A DNA stretch of 64,000 nucleotides from Hyalangium minutum (GTDB lineage Bacteria; Myxococcota; Myxococcia; Myxococcales; Myxococcaceae). The first letter of the stretch is position 1. The number at the start of each line of letters is the position of its first letter. Positions 44,760 through 53,843 of this stretch are shown piece by piece. Both the position numbers and the translations under genes were made by a program. The notes beneath the pieces are model-generated. The model searched no databases, was not told the origin of the DNA, and saw only the letters and a program-made list of their open reading frames with translations. Location: contig NZ_JMCB01000004.1 of NCBI RefSeq assembly GCF_000737315.1, forward strand, positions 372,001 through 436,000, read 5' to 3'.

Positions 44760-45458
44760 ATGGTGTGGCTCATCCTGGCGGGCGCACTGGCGGGCGCAGT
44801 GGACGCCCCCGCGAACTCGGCCCTGACGCAGGCCCTCGCTCGGGAAGAGGCCGGGGACACCGCGGGTGCACTCGCGGGTGTGGAAGCCGTGAGCAACACC
44901 TGGCCCGCTTGGGAGCTGCCCCACATCGAAGCCGCGCGACTCATGCTCAAGCTCGGGGGAGAGCTGGACAGGGCAGCGGCCCACCTGGACATTGCCTCGG
45001 CGCTCACCCCCGAGAACCCTCGCGCCCACTACCTGCGGGGGCTGCTGTGGGAGGAGCACGGACAGCCCCGGCGCGCTGCCCAGGCGTACGAGGTGGCGCT
45101 CCTCTACCGGCCCTCTTATGAGGAGGCCCGCTTCCGCGCGGCCGGTCTCTGGCTGGCCGAGGGCGACTTGCTCAAGGCCGAGTACCACTACCGCCTTCTC
45201 ACCAAGGCACGTCCGGAGTGGGTGCAGGTGCGTCTCCTGCTGGCCCAGGTGCTGGAGCGGCAGGAGCGGGTACCGGAGGCGGAGAAGGAACTGCTCGAGG
45301 TGCGAGCGCTGCAGCCGGAGAACCTCCTGGCCGCCCGGCGGCTCGCCGAGCTGTACGAGCGGACGGGCCGGGAGAAGCTCGCCCAGAAGCTGCGCAAGTC
45401 CATCGAGGCGCCCGAGCCGAAGCGCCGCATGCGCACGCTCAAGCCGTCACGCCGGTAG
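44760..45458 (+). CDS. Exported tetratricopeptide-repeat protein
   Basis: Hydrophobic N-terminus, repeated TPR helices (RAHYLRGLL, EARFRAA, QVRLLLAQVL); start ATG 44760 inferred. Confidence 0.8.
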   Translation: MVWLILAGALAGAVDAPANSALTQALAREEAGDTAGALAGVEAVSNTWPAWELPHIEAARLMLKLGGELDRAAAHLDIASALTPENPRAHYLRGLLWEEHGQPRRAAQAYEVALLYRPSYEEARFRAAGLWLAEGDLLKAEYHYRLLTKARPEWVQVRLLLAQVLERQERVPEAEKELLEVRALQPENLLAARRLAELYERTGREKLAQKLRKSIEAPEPKRRMRTLKPSRR

Positions 45459-45520
45459 GCAGACGAACAGGAGACCGAGCGGATTGCGCTTGAAGCGCTG
45501 CGGCATACACTGCGCGCGCC

Positions 45521-46762
45521 TTGAAGACCGCCAACCTCGCCATTGTCTTCACCGACATTCAAGGGTTCACCGAGCGCACCAGCCGGCAGACCCATGAGGA
45601 GAATCAGCGCCTGCTGCAGGTGCACCATGATCTTCTCGCACCGCTGTTCACCCGCTTCGGGGGGCGCATCATCAAGTCCATTGGTGATGCGTTCCTGGTC
45701 ACTTTCGAGTCGCCCACCCAGGCGGTCCTGAGCGGCGTGGCCATCCAGGATCGGCTCTGGGAGTACAACCGCACCGCTTTGGAGAGCGAGCAGCTTCGCG
45801 TGCGCGTGGCCATCAACGTGGGCGAGGTGCGCGTCGAGCCCAACGATGTGTTTGGCGAGCCGGTGAACATCGCCGCGCGTGTGGAGGGCATCGCCGAGCC
45901 GGGCGAGGTCTACTTCACTGAGGCCCTCTACCTCTCCATGAACAAGGCGGAGGTGCCCTCGGAGGAGGTGGGCGCGTTCGAGCTCAAGGGTATCCCTGGG
46001 AAGATCCGCGTCTTCCGTGTCCCAAAGGGGCCCTACCGCATGGAGGCTCCCGTGGTGCCGCTGCCTGCGCCCGCGGGCATTCCTCCCGTAGGGCCTCCCT
46101 TCGCCAACCTGGGCCTGGCGCGACTCTCTGCGGAGGGGGGGGCTCTCTCCGCGGTGGGCCAGCGGGCGGCCGTGCTGGGAGGCCAGGCGAAGAGCGCCGG
46201 TGGGCAGTTCCTGGCCCGGCTGCGCTCGCGGCTGCCTGCGGGCTTCACGGGGCTGCGCATGGCAATGGTCTTCGGCGGGCTGGCAGTGGTGCTGGGTGTG
46301 GCGGTGGTGGGGTTCGGAGGCAGCTCCGCGGAGCGGGCCATCTCCCAGGTGAGGGATGCGAAGCCCACCGAGCGGCCCGCACTGGTGCTCGAGGCGCGCA
46401 AGCTCATCGAGTCGGAGAAGAACCTGGGTAACCGGCAGCGCCTCTTCGGAGAACTGCAGGAGGCCGTGGGTGACATGGCCGGCGCAGTGGACCGGTACGT
46501 GGACTCCGTGAGAGCGGGCAACGGCAAGGCGGGGGATCGGCTCACCGAGCTGTTGACGCATGAGGAGTGCCGGGTGCGCGTGGACGCGGCCAAGGCGGTA
46601 GGGGAGCTGCGGCTCAAGAGCGCGCGCGGCGAGCTGAAGGATTTGGCCGAGGAAGGCGGCCCGGGCGATGGAGAAAAGACGAACCTCCTGGACCGGGTGC
46701 TCGGCGGCTGTGACTCGCGGAAGGCCGCGAGGAACGCGCTCGAGCGGTTCAAGAACGACTGA
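45521..46762 (+). CDS. Membrane-anchored class III adenylate cyclase with C-terminal periplasmic HEAT-like helices
   Basis: FTDIQGF, IKSIGDAF, DVFGEPVNIAARV; one TM (MVFGGLAVVLGVAVVGF); CRVRVDAAKAVGEL HEAT-like motif. Confidence 0.9.
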   Translation: MKTANLAIVFTDIQGFTERTSRQTHEENQRLLQVHHDLLAPLFTRFGGRIIKSIGDAFLVTFESPTQAVLSGVAIQDRLWEYNRTALESEQLRVRVAINVGEVRVEPNDVFGEPVNIAARVEGIAEPGEVYFTEALYLSMNKAEVPSEEVGAFELKGIPGKIRVFRVPKGPYRMEAPVVPLPAPAGIPPVGPPFANLGLARLSAEGGALSAVGQRAAVLGGQAKSAGGQFLARLRSRLPAGFTGLRMAMVFGGLAVVLGVAVVGFGGSSAERAISQVRDAKPTERPALVLEARKLIESEKNLGNRQRLFGELQEAVGDMAGAVDRYVDSVRAGNGKAGDRLTELLTHEECRVRVDAAKAVGELRLKSARGELKDLAEEGGPGDGEKTNLLDRVLGGCDSRKAARNALERFKND

Positions 46763-46798
46763 GGACCTCGGGCGCGACACCCGAGGGAGAGGACGATT

Positions 46799-47980
46799 GT
46801 GAGCAGGGTCAAGACGGGACTGGATGTGTGGGTGGAGCAGGGCTTCGCCGCGCTGAAGGGCAAGCGCGTGGGAGCCATCGTCAATCCCACCAGCGTGGAC
46901 TCGCGCTTCCGCCACCTCGCGGATTTGCTGGCGAAGACGCCGGGCGTGACGCTGGCGGCGCTCTTCGGCCCCGAGCACGGCATCCGTGGCGAGGCCCAAT
47001 ATATGGTGGCCGTGGATGATGCCCGGGATCGCCGCACCGGCGTGCCCGTGTACAGCCTCTACGGCTCCACCTTCGAGTCGCTGTCTCCCCGGCCCGAGTG
47101 GCTCGCGGGGCTGGATGCGCTCGTGTTCGACATTCAGGACGTGGGCAGCCGCTACTACACCTACGTCTACACCATGGCGCTGGCCATGAAGGTGGCGGCG
47201 AAGGCGAAGGTGCCCTTCTTCGTGCTGGATCGGCCCAACCCACTGGGCGGCACGCTCGTCGAGGGAAACCTGGTGGGTGAGGGCTACCGCTCCTTTGTAG
47301 GGCTCTACCCCCTGCCCAACCGCCACGGGATGACGGCGGGCGAGCTGGCCCGGCTCTTCAACGCGGAGTTCGGCCTTGGCTGCGAGCTGACGGTGGTGCC
47401 GTGCGAGGGCTGGCGCCGGGAGATGTTCTGGTCCGACACGGGGCTGCCGTTCATCTCGCCGTCGCCGAACATGCCCACGCCGGACACGGCGCTCGTGTAC
47501 CCGGGCATGTGTCTGGGCGAGGGCACCAACGTCTCCGAGGGACGTGGCACCTGCCGCCCCTTCGAGCAGTTCGGTGCGCCGTGGATAGACTCGGAGGCCC
47601 TGGTGGCGCGGCTAGAGAAGGAGCGCCTGCCGGGCGTCACCTTCCGGCCCGTGGGCTTTACTCCCACCTTTGACAAGTTCAAGGGCGAGTCCTGCAGCGG
47701 CGCCTTCATCCACGTCACGGATCGGCAGGCCTTCCAGTCGCTGCGTACGGGCATTGCCATCTTCCAGGCGGTGCGCGACGTGGGCGGTGGAAAATTCGCC
47801 TGGCGCGCGGATGCCTACGAGTTCGTCGAGGACGTGCCCGCGTTTGACCTGTTGTGCGGGACGGACCAGGTGCGCCGGGGATTCGAGGAAGGGTGGCCGC
47901 TGGACCGTCTGATGGAAGGCTTCCAGGCCCAGGCCGACGCGTTCCAGAAGCAAAGGAGCCCCTACCTGCTGTACGCTTGA
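46799..47980 (+). CDS. Exo-beta-N-acetylmuramidase NamZ family (DUF1343)
   Basis: LFGPEHG, FDIQDVGSRYYTY, VLDRPNP, RHGMTAGE, SPNMP, EG.GT..PFE..GAPW. Confidence 0.9.
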   Translation: MSRVKTGLDVWVEQGFAALKGKRVGAIVNPTSVDSRFRHLADLLAKTPGVTLAALFGPEHGIRGEAQYMVAVDDARDRRTGVPVYSLYGSTFESLSPRPEWLAGLDALVFDIQDVGSRYYTYVYTMALAMKVAAKAKVPFFVLDRPNPLGGTLVEGNLVGEGYRSFVGLYPLPNRHGMTAGELARLFNAEFGLGCELTVVPCEGWRREMFWSDTGLPFISPSPNMPTPDTALVYPGMCLGEGTNVSEGRGTCRPFEQFGAPWIDSEALVARLEKERLPGVTFRPVGFTPTFDKFKGESCSGAFIHVTDRQAFQSLRTGIAIFQAVRDVGGGKFAWRADAYEFVEDVPAFDLLCGTDQVRRGFEEGWPLDRLMEGFQAQADAFQKQRSPYLLYA

Positions 47981-47995
47981 GCCAAGGCGGCCCCC

Positions 47996-48664
47996 GTGAT
48001 TGGCATTCTGTCCGACAGCCATGGCGATCTCGCTGCGTTCAACGCGGCCTATGAGCTGCTGCGGGAGAAGGGCGCCCGGCGCTTCATGTTCGTCGGCGGG
48101 CGCTATACGGACCTGGATGCCTGGTTGCTGGAGCAGCGGGAGAAGTCTCGCGGTGGCCGCGAGTACTCGGACATGGACTTCCTGGCGGACGTGACGCAGT
48201 GGCTGTCCTCGAAGGACGCCCTGCCTCGGCCGCCCGCGTTCGGCGAGGCCCCGGCGGACTTCACCGCCGAGGAGGATCGCCGGCTGGTGCTGGAGCGCTT
48301 CGTGCGAGTGCCGGAGCGGGATTGTCTCCAGTACATGGACCCGACGATTCCCCGGAAGCTGCTGGACATGGTGGGCGATGCGCTGTGCTGCCTCGTCCAC
48401 GACAAGAACGATCTGACCCGGGAGGATCTGCTCAACGCCACGATCTTCATCCACGGCAAGGAGTCCGAGCCGAAGGTGGTGCAGATCGGCCCTCGGTACT
48501 TCCTGACGCCGGGGCGGATGACGGGTGCGGCCGAGCAGACGTGTGCGCTGCTGGAGAAGGTGGATCGGGACCTGCGCTTTACGGGCTTCCGCTTGGACGG
48601 GTCCGTGGTGCTCGAGCCCCAGACGATTCAGCTGGGCCGTGGGACGAAGCTGTCGGTGAAGTGA
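47996..48664 (+). CDS. Metallophosphoesterase-fold protein (YfcE-like) with degenerate metal motifs
   Basis: IGILSDSHG intact; motif II reads FVGG, motif III VPERD, motif IV LVHD, motif V IHGKE; TPG near C-terminus. Confidence 0.65.
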   Translation: MIGILSDSHGDLAAFNAAYELLREKGARRFMFVGGRYTDLDAWLLEQREKSRGGREYSDMDFLADVTQWLSSKDALPRPPAFGEAPADFTAEEDRRLVLERFVRVPERDCLQYMDPTIPRKLLDMVGDALCCLVHDKNDLTREDLLNATIFIHGKESEPKVVQIGPRYFLTPGRMTGAAEQTCALLEKVDRDLRFTGFRLDGSVVLEPQTIQLGRGTKLSVK

Positions 48665-48665
48665 G

Positions 48666-49229
48666 GTGGCTTTGCGCGTCGGGCTCCTGGGAGGCTCTTT
48701 CAATCCACCGCATGTCGGCCACCTGATGGCGGCCCAGTACGTCCACGCGACGCAGGGCATGGACGAGGTGTGGATGATGCCGGCCTATCAGCATCCGTTC
48801 GGCAAGGCGCTGGTGCCCTTCGAGCACCGCGTGCGGATGTGCCAGCTGTTGTGCGAGGAGACCTCGGGCTGGATGAAGACGAGCCTCGTGGAGCAGGAGG
48901 TCGCCGAGCGGGGCGGCTCCGGCTACACGGTGGAGACGCTGGCGTACCTGCGAGAGCGCCACCCGCAGACCGAGTTCTCGCTGATCATCGGCTCGGACAT
49001 CCTGAACGATCTGCCGAAGTGGAGAGATCCCGACCGCATCAAGCAGATGGTGCGGATGCTGGTGCTCTATCGCGCGGGCTACCCGGCGCCGAACACACTG
49101 GGGCCTCCGCTGGCGGAGGTTTCCTCCACGCAGATCCGCGACATGCTGGCGCGCGGCGAACCCCCGGCGGAGCTGGTGCCCAGCCGGGTGCTCGCGTACG
49201 CGCATGAAGTGGGTCTCTACGGCCTGTGA
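48666..49229 (+). CDS. nadD: Nicotinate-nucleotide adenylyltransferase
   Basis: GGSFNPPHVGH, YTVETL, LIIGSD...KW, VSSTQIR. Confidence 0.93.
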   Translation: MALRVGLLGGSFNPPHVGHLMAAQYVHATQGMDEVWMMPAYQHPFGKALVPFEHRVRMCQLLCEETSGWMKTSLVEQEVAERGGSGYTVETLAYLRERHPQTEFSLIIGSDILNDLPKWRDPDRIKQMVRMLVLYRAGYPAPNTLGPPLAEVSSTQIRDMLARGEPPAELVPSRVLAYAHEVGLYGL

Positions 49230-49253
49230 GTCTCCGGGCCTGCGTGCACAGGC

Positions 49254-52200
49254 TCAGAGCGACAGGCCGACGAGGTGCAGCGGGCCCAGGCCGCGATCGA
49301 AGCGCTGGGCGTATTGGTAGTAGAGGCCGAGCGACACCAGTCCTCCCAAGGTGAGCTGGAGCCGGGCGGCGCCTCCTGCCGCGCGGAGGTTCTGCCGGAA
49401 GTCCGTGCGCGCCCAACTGCCGAAGCCCTCCACCTCGAACTGGTTCACGAAGAGCGAGGGCAGCAGGTACACCGTCGAGGCCCAGCCGTAATCCACGATG
49501 AAGCGGTACTTGTAGAGCGCGTTGCCCACCACCGCATGGCGGGCCAACACGGAGAAGTCCTCGTAGCCCCGGAGGTACTCGGTGAACGACGTGCCCGGCT
49601 GATACTGCCTCGGGATGCTGGGCCCCCGGCCCGGCTCGGAGAGATAGAGCGGGTTGCCCGAGGTGATGCCACCTACTTCGAGCAGCGTGGTGGGCGCCCC
49701 CGGCAGGAACCGGCCCGCCACCGAGAGGTGCAGGTTGTCCCGCTTCAGGAAGGGCAGGCCGCCCAGGTACGTCTCCACCTCCGCGCGCACGTCTCCCATC
49801 GTGGAGGTCGACTCGAACGCCCGGGGGAAGACCCCTGCGGACAGCGAGAACCCCAGCCCCTTCTGCGGGCCGCCATAGGGAGTGCCCGCCCCGGCGAAGT
49901 AGGCCGTGGAGATCTCGGGGCCGAAGAGGGAAGTCCTCACGGGAAGGCCATCGTCATCGCGCCGGTTGTACAAGCGCCGCATGCCGAACAGCCCGAACGA
50001 CACAGGCGTGGTCCAGAAGGTTCTTGAGGCAGAGAGGAAGGCCTGGATGTCCCGCTGGTCGTCGTCCTTCGAATACCCAACCGTCGTCAGGAGGTACCAG
50101 GGCGCCAACTGCGCGTTGCCGTAGTTCAACGAGAGGGTCGTGTTCTTCGCGCCCGAGTCATAGGAGGCGTTAATCGCCCAGGCGTGGAAGCCCAGCCGAT
50201 CCTGTCCCGCCAGCGAGATCAGGCCCTGGACGCGCAGCTCCTCGGTGTCCTCGTCCACGTACGCGAGCACGAACGGAACCCGTAGCTCCGGGTACGCCAG
50301 CCGCTCGAGCGGCGAGTAGGGCGCGTCGGAGAGGACCTCCACCTCTTTGGAGGTCTGGGGAGGAGGCTCGGCGATAGGGGCCTCGGCCAGTGGGCCCGTC
50401 GCGGAAGCGGGAGGCGGGGAGGAGGGGGCCGCGTCCGTGGTCGGAGGCGCAGGAGGTGCCGGGGCTTCGGGGGCAGGAGCTTCGGTGGCGGAGTCCGAGG
50501 GGGCAGGGGGGCTGGGATACTCGGCAAAGCCCTCAGCGGGAGACGCGGCGGACTCACTCGGAGGTGTCTCGGGTGGCGCCGCGACTTCTGGAGCCGGCGG
50601 CGCAGCGGGGGCAGGAGCCGGAGCTGCCACGGGCTGTGGCGCGGATGTCTCCATGGCCACGAGCGGAGCCCGATCGAGCGAGAAGTTGAAGCCATCGCGG
50701 TTGAGGAACGCGATCTGCCCGTTCCCCACCGGTTGAGCATCCATCACCAGGTGCGGCGCATCCGTCACCCGGGCCAGCTCTCCCGTGGAGAGCTTCAGGA
50801 GGTGCGCCTGCAGCCTCTCCTCGTGCTCGCGCAGGAACAGCACCTGATCGTCATCCACCCATTGGGGCGAGTAGTTGAACTTCCCATCCCGGGTGAGCCA
50901 GCGCACGCTCCCATCCTGCCCGCGCAGCGCGAGGTCCCACCCGTCCGGTCCTCGCATCGCGAACACCACGCGCTGGCCATCCGGGGACACCGCGGGCGCG
51001 CCCAGCGAGACGTGGTTCTCGAAGCGGGTGAGGGGCTCCTGCTGGCCCGTCTCTAGGTTCAGGCGCACGAGGTTCGCGATGTCGCCGTTCTTCACATCCA
51101 CGAACACGTAGCCCTTGCCGTCCGGCGTGACACTGCCGCCCAGGCCGTCGCTGATCTCCCAGGTCTGGAGCACCTCGCCCGTGCGCGCGTCTACCCGCCA
51201 CACCCGGGACATGAAGGCACCCACGCTGTCGATGTCCGCCCCCACCAGGTAGAGCAGGGACCCATCGCGGGTGAAGGACAGGCCGCTCATGGCGGACGGC
51301 GTGCTGACGATCCACTTGCGCCCCGGCAGCAGCAGCGTGAGATCCTTCGAGAAGCGCACCGAGCCATCCCGCTCGCGCACGGTGAGGTGCGGCGTCTCCT
51401 CTCGCCCCGCGAACAAGAGCGCCATCGCCCCGTCGCTCGGAGAGGCCGCCAGCCGCGAGAAGTATCCCGCATCCTTCACCAGCACCGCCTGCGAGGAGGG
51501 CCGCTCACGCCGGGCCAGCTCCTGAGTCAGGCTCGCGGTGAAATCGTCGAACAGCGCGCCGATCGACTTCCCGTACACGCGCCGGAAGCGCAGGGTCACG
51601 CCGAAGGGCGGCGCCCAGGACTGGCCCTGCTCGTGGATCAGCATCCACAGCTTCTTCTCGCCGTAGGTGCGCACCAGCCACGCGATGAAGTGGCTGCCCG
51701 TGAGGTAGCTGCCGCCGAACGGGTCCGCCTCACGGTGCTCGGGTGACAGGTGCCCCGCGTTCAAGTCCCCGCCGTGCGCCTGCGCCATCGCCTCGAAGGT
51801 GCCTCGCCAGATGGGGCTGTGCGGACGCCCCGTCTGCTTGTCGAAGTGCCCCTCGTAGTAGGTGGCCAGTCCCTCCAAGAACCAGGACTCGGTGAAGATG
51901 TTGGGCTGGAGGATGCCACCCGTCGTGAAGTTGATGCCCCACCAGAGTCCCTCCTCCTGCTGCATCTGCACGTAGTGGACGGCCTCGTGGCACCCCACGT
52001 CGCCCAGCTCCGTCTCCCCCAGGTCCATCAGGTTGAACAGCTCCAGGCTCATGTGAGACGGCATCACCATCTGCTGCGGCGTGCTCACCAGGTCCGGCTG
52101 GACGTACGCGTTGTTGAAGCCCGCGCTCGTCATGTAGATGAGCAGCCGGTTCCTCGGACGTTTGCTCCAAGACAGATCCCTCAGCCGGTCCACGCAGGCT

Positions 52201-52415
52201 TCGACGCGGGCCGCCACGCGCAGGGCCGCCGGCTTCAGGTGCTCCGGGTAATACAACTCCATGGAGCGCGTGGTGAGCTTCCGCATGTCATCCCGGGCGA
52301 AGGAGGCCTGGACCTCCTGGGAAAACCGGGGTGAGACGAAAGCGCACCCCGAGGCCAGCAACAGCACGAGGGCGAGGAGGGGAGAGCCCCGAGGCGGCCG
52401 ACGGAGCGAGTGCAT
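49254..52415 (-). CDS. Large lipoprotein: zincin-like HExxH domain, TolB/PD40-like beta-propeller, Pro-rich linker, C-terminal beta-barrel-like region
   Basis: LASG-C lipobox; CHEAVH plus WFLEGLA; PAVSPDG/YSPQW propeller repeats; amphipathic aromatic-rich strands at the C-terminus. Confidence 0.8.
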   Translation of the reverse strand: MHSLRRPPRGSPLLALVLLLASGCAFVSPRFSQEVQASFARDDMRKLTTRSMELYYPEHLKPAALRVAARVEACVDRLRDLSWSKRPRNRLLIYMTSAGFNNAYVQPDLVSTPQQMVMPSHMSLELFNLMDLGETELGDVGCHEAVHYVQMQQEEGLWWGINFTTGGILQPNIFTESWFLEGLATYYEGHFDKQTGRPHSPIWRGTFEAMAQAHGGDLNAGHLSPEHREADPFGGSYLTGSHFIAWLVRTYGEKKLWMLIHEQGQSWAPPFGVTLRFRRVYGKSIGALFDDFTASLTQELARRERPSSQAVLVKDAGYFSRLAASPSDGAMALLFAGREETPHLTVRERDGSVRFSKDLTLLLPGRKWIVSTPSAMSGLSFTRDGSLLYLVGADIDSVGAFMSRVWRVDARTGEVLQTWEISDGLGGSVTPDGKGYVFVDVKNGDIANLVRLNLETGQQEPLTRFENHVSLGAPAVSPDGQRVVFAMRGPDGWDLALRGQDGSVRWLTRDGKFNYSPQWVDDDQVLFLREHEERLQAHLLKLSTGELARVTDAPHLVMDAQPVGNGQIAFLNRDGFNFSLDRAPLVAMETSAPQPVAAPAPAPAAPPAPEVAAPPETPPSESAASPAEGFAEYPSPPAPSDSATEAPAPEAPAPPAPPTTDAAPSSPPPASATGPLAEAPIAEPPPQTSKEVEVLSDAPYSPLERLAYPELRVPFVLAYVDEDTEELRVQGLISLAGQDRLGFHAWAINASYDSGAKNTTLSLNYGNAQLAPWYLLTTVGYSKDDDQRDIQAFLSASRTFWTTPVSFGLFGMRRLYNRRDDDGLPVRTSLFGPEISTAYFAGAGTPYGGPQKGLGFSLSAGVFPRAFESTSTMGDVRAEVETYLGGLPFLKRDNLHLSVAGRFLPGAPTTLLEVGGITSGNPLYLSEPGRGPSIPRQYQPGTSFTEYLRGYEDFSVLARHAVVGNALYKYRFIVDYGWASTVYLLPSLFVNQFEVEGFGSWARTDFRQNLRAAGGAARLQLTLGGLVSLGLYYQYAQRFDRGLGPLHLVGLSL

Positions 52416-52504
52416 GCCGCCATCCTAGGGGCACAAATCGTGGCCAAGGGCACGTTTTTCACGATAAGGGGACGCCCGCACGTTTCCACTCTCCAGGATG
52501 TGAC

Positions 52505-53827
52505 ATGGCCACACCGGACCCCCAGGCCCTCCCCGTTCCGCAGCACGTCTACCAGGCGCAGGCCCAGCTCGCCGCCGCTCTCGAGAAGGTCGAGGGCAAG
52601 CCCGTGGATCTCCTGAAGACACCCTGGGCCGACGTGGAGAAGAGCGTCATCAAGCTGCTGGGCGGCGCGTTCCAGCCCAACCGTCCCGAGCACCAGGCGA
52701 TCGCGCTCGGGCTGGCGGGTGTGTTCGCGCAGCGCATGAACGCCGAGCACCAGGCGTTCTGGTTCCCCAACCGCGACTCCCCCGAGGGCGCCACGCTGGG
52801 CTTCCCCGAGGCCATCATCATGCTGTCGCCGTTCGGCGCGGTGATGGACTCGATGAGCCAGGGCAAGCTGGCGAAGCTGGATGAGCTGAGCGCGGACATC
52901 CGCCGCTCGCTGGGGCAGACGCGCTTTAACCCGGGCGCGGCCATGTCGCTCGGCGGCCAGCCCAAGCTGGGTCCTCCGGACTACCAGCGGCTCTTTGACC
53001 CGGGCTTCCTCCAGTTCGTGGTGCTGGATCCGGCCAAGGCCCAGCAGACGTTCGACTCCAAGCCGGACGCACTGGCTCGCGATGTGAAGGATGCGCTCGG
53101 CCGCACCCAGCCGCCGCTGCCGCAGGAGGCCCGCCAGCAGTTCGAAGGACAGATCGTCATGTCCCTGCAGCGGCTGGAGGCCGGCAAGCCCCTGGCGGAG
53201 CAGGTGGAGCGCGCGCCCCGGCTGGTGGAGCTGATGGCGCACATGGTGTCCACCGTGGGTGGCACGGGCTGCGCCCCCGAGGAGTTCTGGGGCGAGATCG
53301 TCCTGCCGCTGCTCTTCATCGGCGTGCCGCAGCAGTTCCCGCCGCTCGATGAGGACGAGCTCGAGGCCTACAAGCAGGGCGCTGAGCCGCTGGCCCTCTT
53401 CGTGGACCTGGTGCCGCACGCCCACAAGGCCCCGGAGGAGGGCCTGCTGGGCACCTTCGATATGACCGAGCTCGGCCTGCCGCACCCCGCGTTCTCCAAG
53501 GTGGGCTCGCTGCGCCTCATCCAGGTGAACCCCTCGCGCATCAAGCCGCTGCTGGAGCAGTTCGACCCGGCCAAGACGCAGGACGTGGTCAACCGGTTCA
53601 CCCAGTACCTCGCGGAGAAGGCCGGCAAGCCCGCCCAGGAGTCTCCGCAGGGCAAGGAGATGCTCCAGGCCGCGATGATGCTGCTCACGGACCTGAAGCG
53701 CTCGGTGACCACGGCCCAGGGCCCGCTGTGCCTGCGCCGCCTCACCGAGGCCGAGGCCGCCTCCGAGCAGGCCCTCGCGCTCGTCCGCCGCGCCATGCAG
53801 GGCGGCCGCATCATCCTCACCACCTAA
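52505..53827 (+). CDS. Hypothetical cytoplasmic protein
   Basis: Very high GC3, 440 aa, all-helical character; no motif recognised; start ATG 52505 inferred. Confidence 0.8.
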   Translation: MATPDPQALPVPQHVYQAQAQLAAALEKVEGKPVDLLKTPWADVEKSVIKLLGGAFQPNRPEHQAIALGLAGVFAQRMNAEHQAFWFPNRDSPEGATLGFPEAIIMLSPFGAVMDSMSQGKLAKLDELSADIRRSLGQTRFNPGAAMSLGGQPKLGPPDYQRLFDPGFLQFVVLDPAKAQQTFDSKPDALARDVKDALGRTQPPLPQEARQQFEGQIVMSLQRLEAGKPLAEQVERAPRLVELMAHMVSTVGGTGCAPEEFWGEIVLPLLFIGVPQQFPPLDEDELEAYKQGAEPLALFVDLVPHAHKAPEEGLLGTFDMTELGLPHPAFSKVGSLRLIQVNPSRIKPLLEQFDPAKTQDVVNRFTQYLAEKAGKPAQESPQGKEMLQAAMMLLTDLKRSVTTAQGPLCLRRLTEAEAASEQALALVRRAMQGGRIILTT

Positions 53828-53843
53828 TCCGGGCTCCGGCGCG

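Noticed and set aside
45188-47326. 712-aa minus-strand ORF
   Set aside because: Antisense shadow of the TPR, cyclase and namZ genes.
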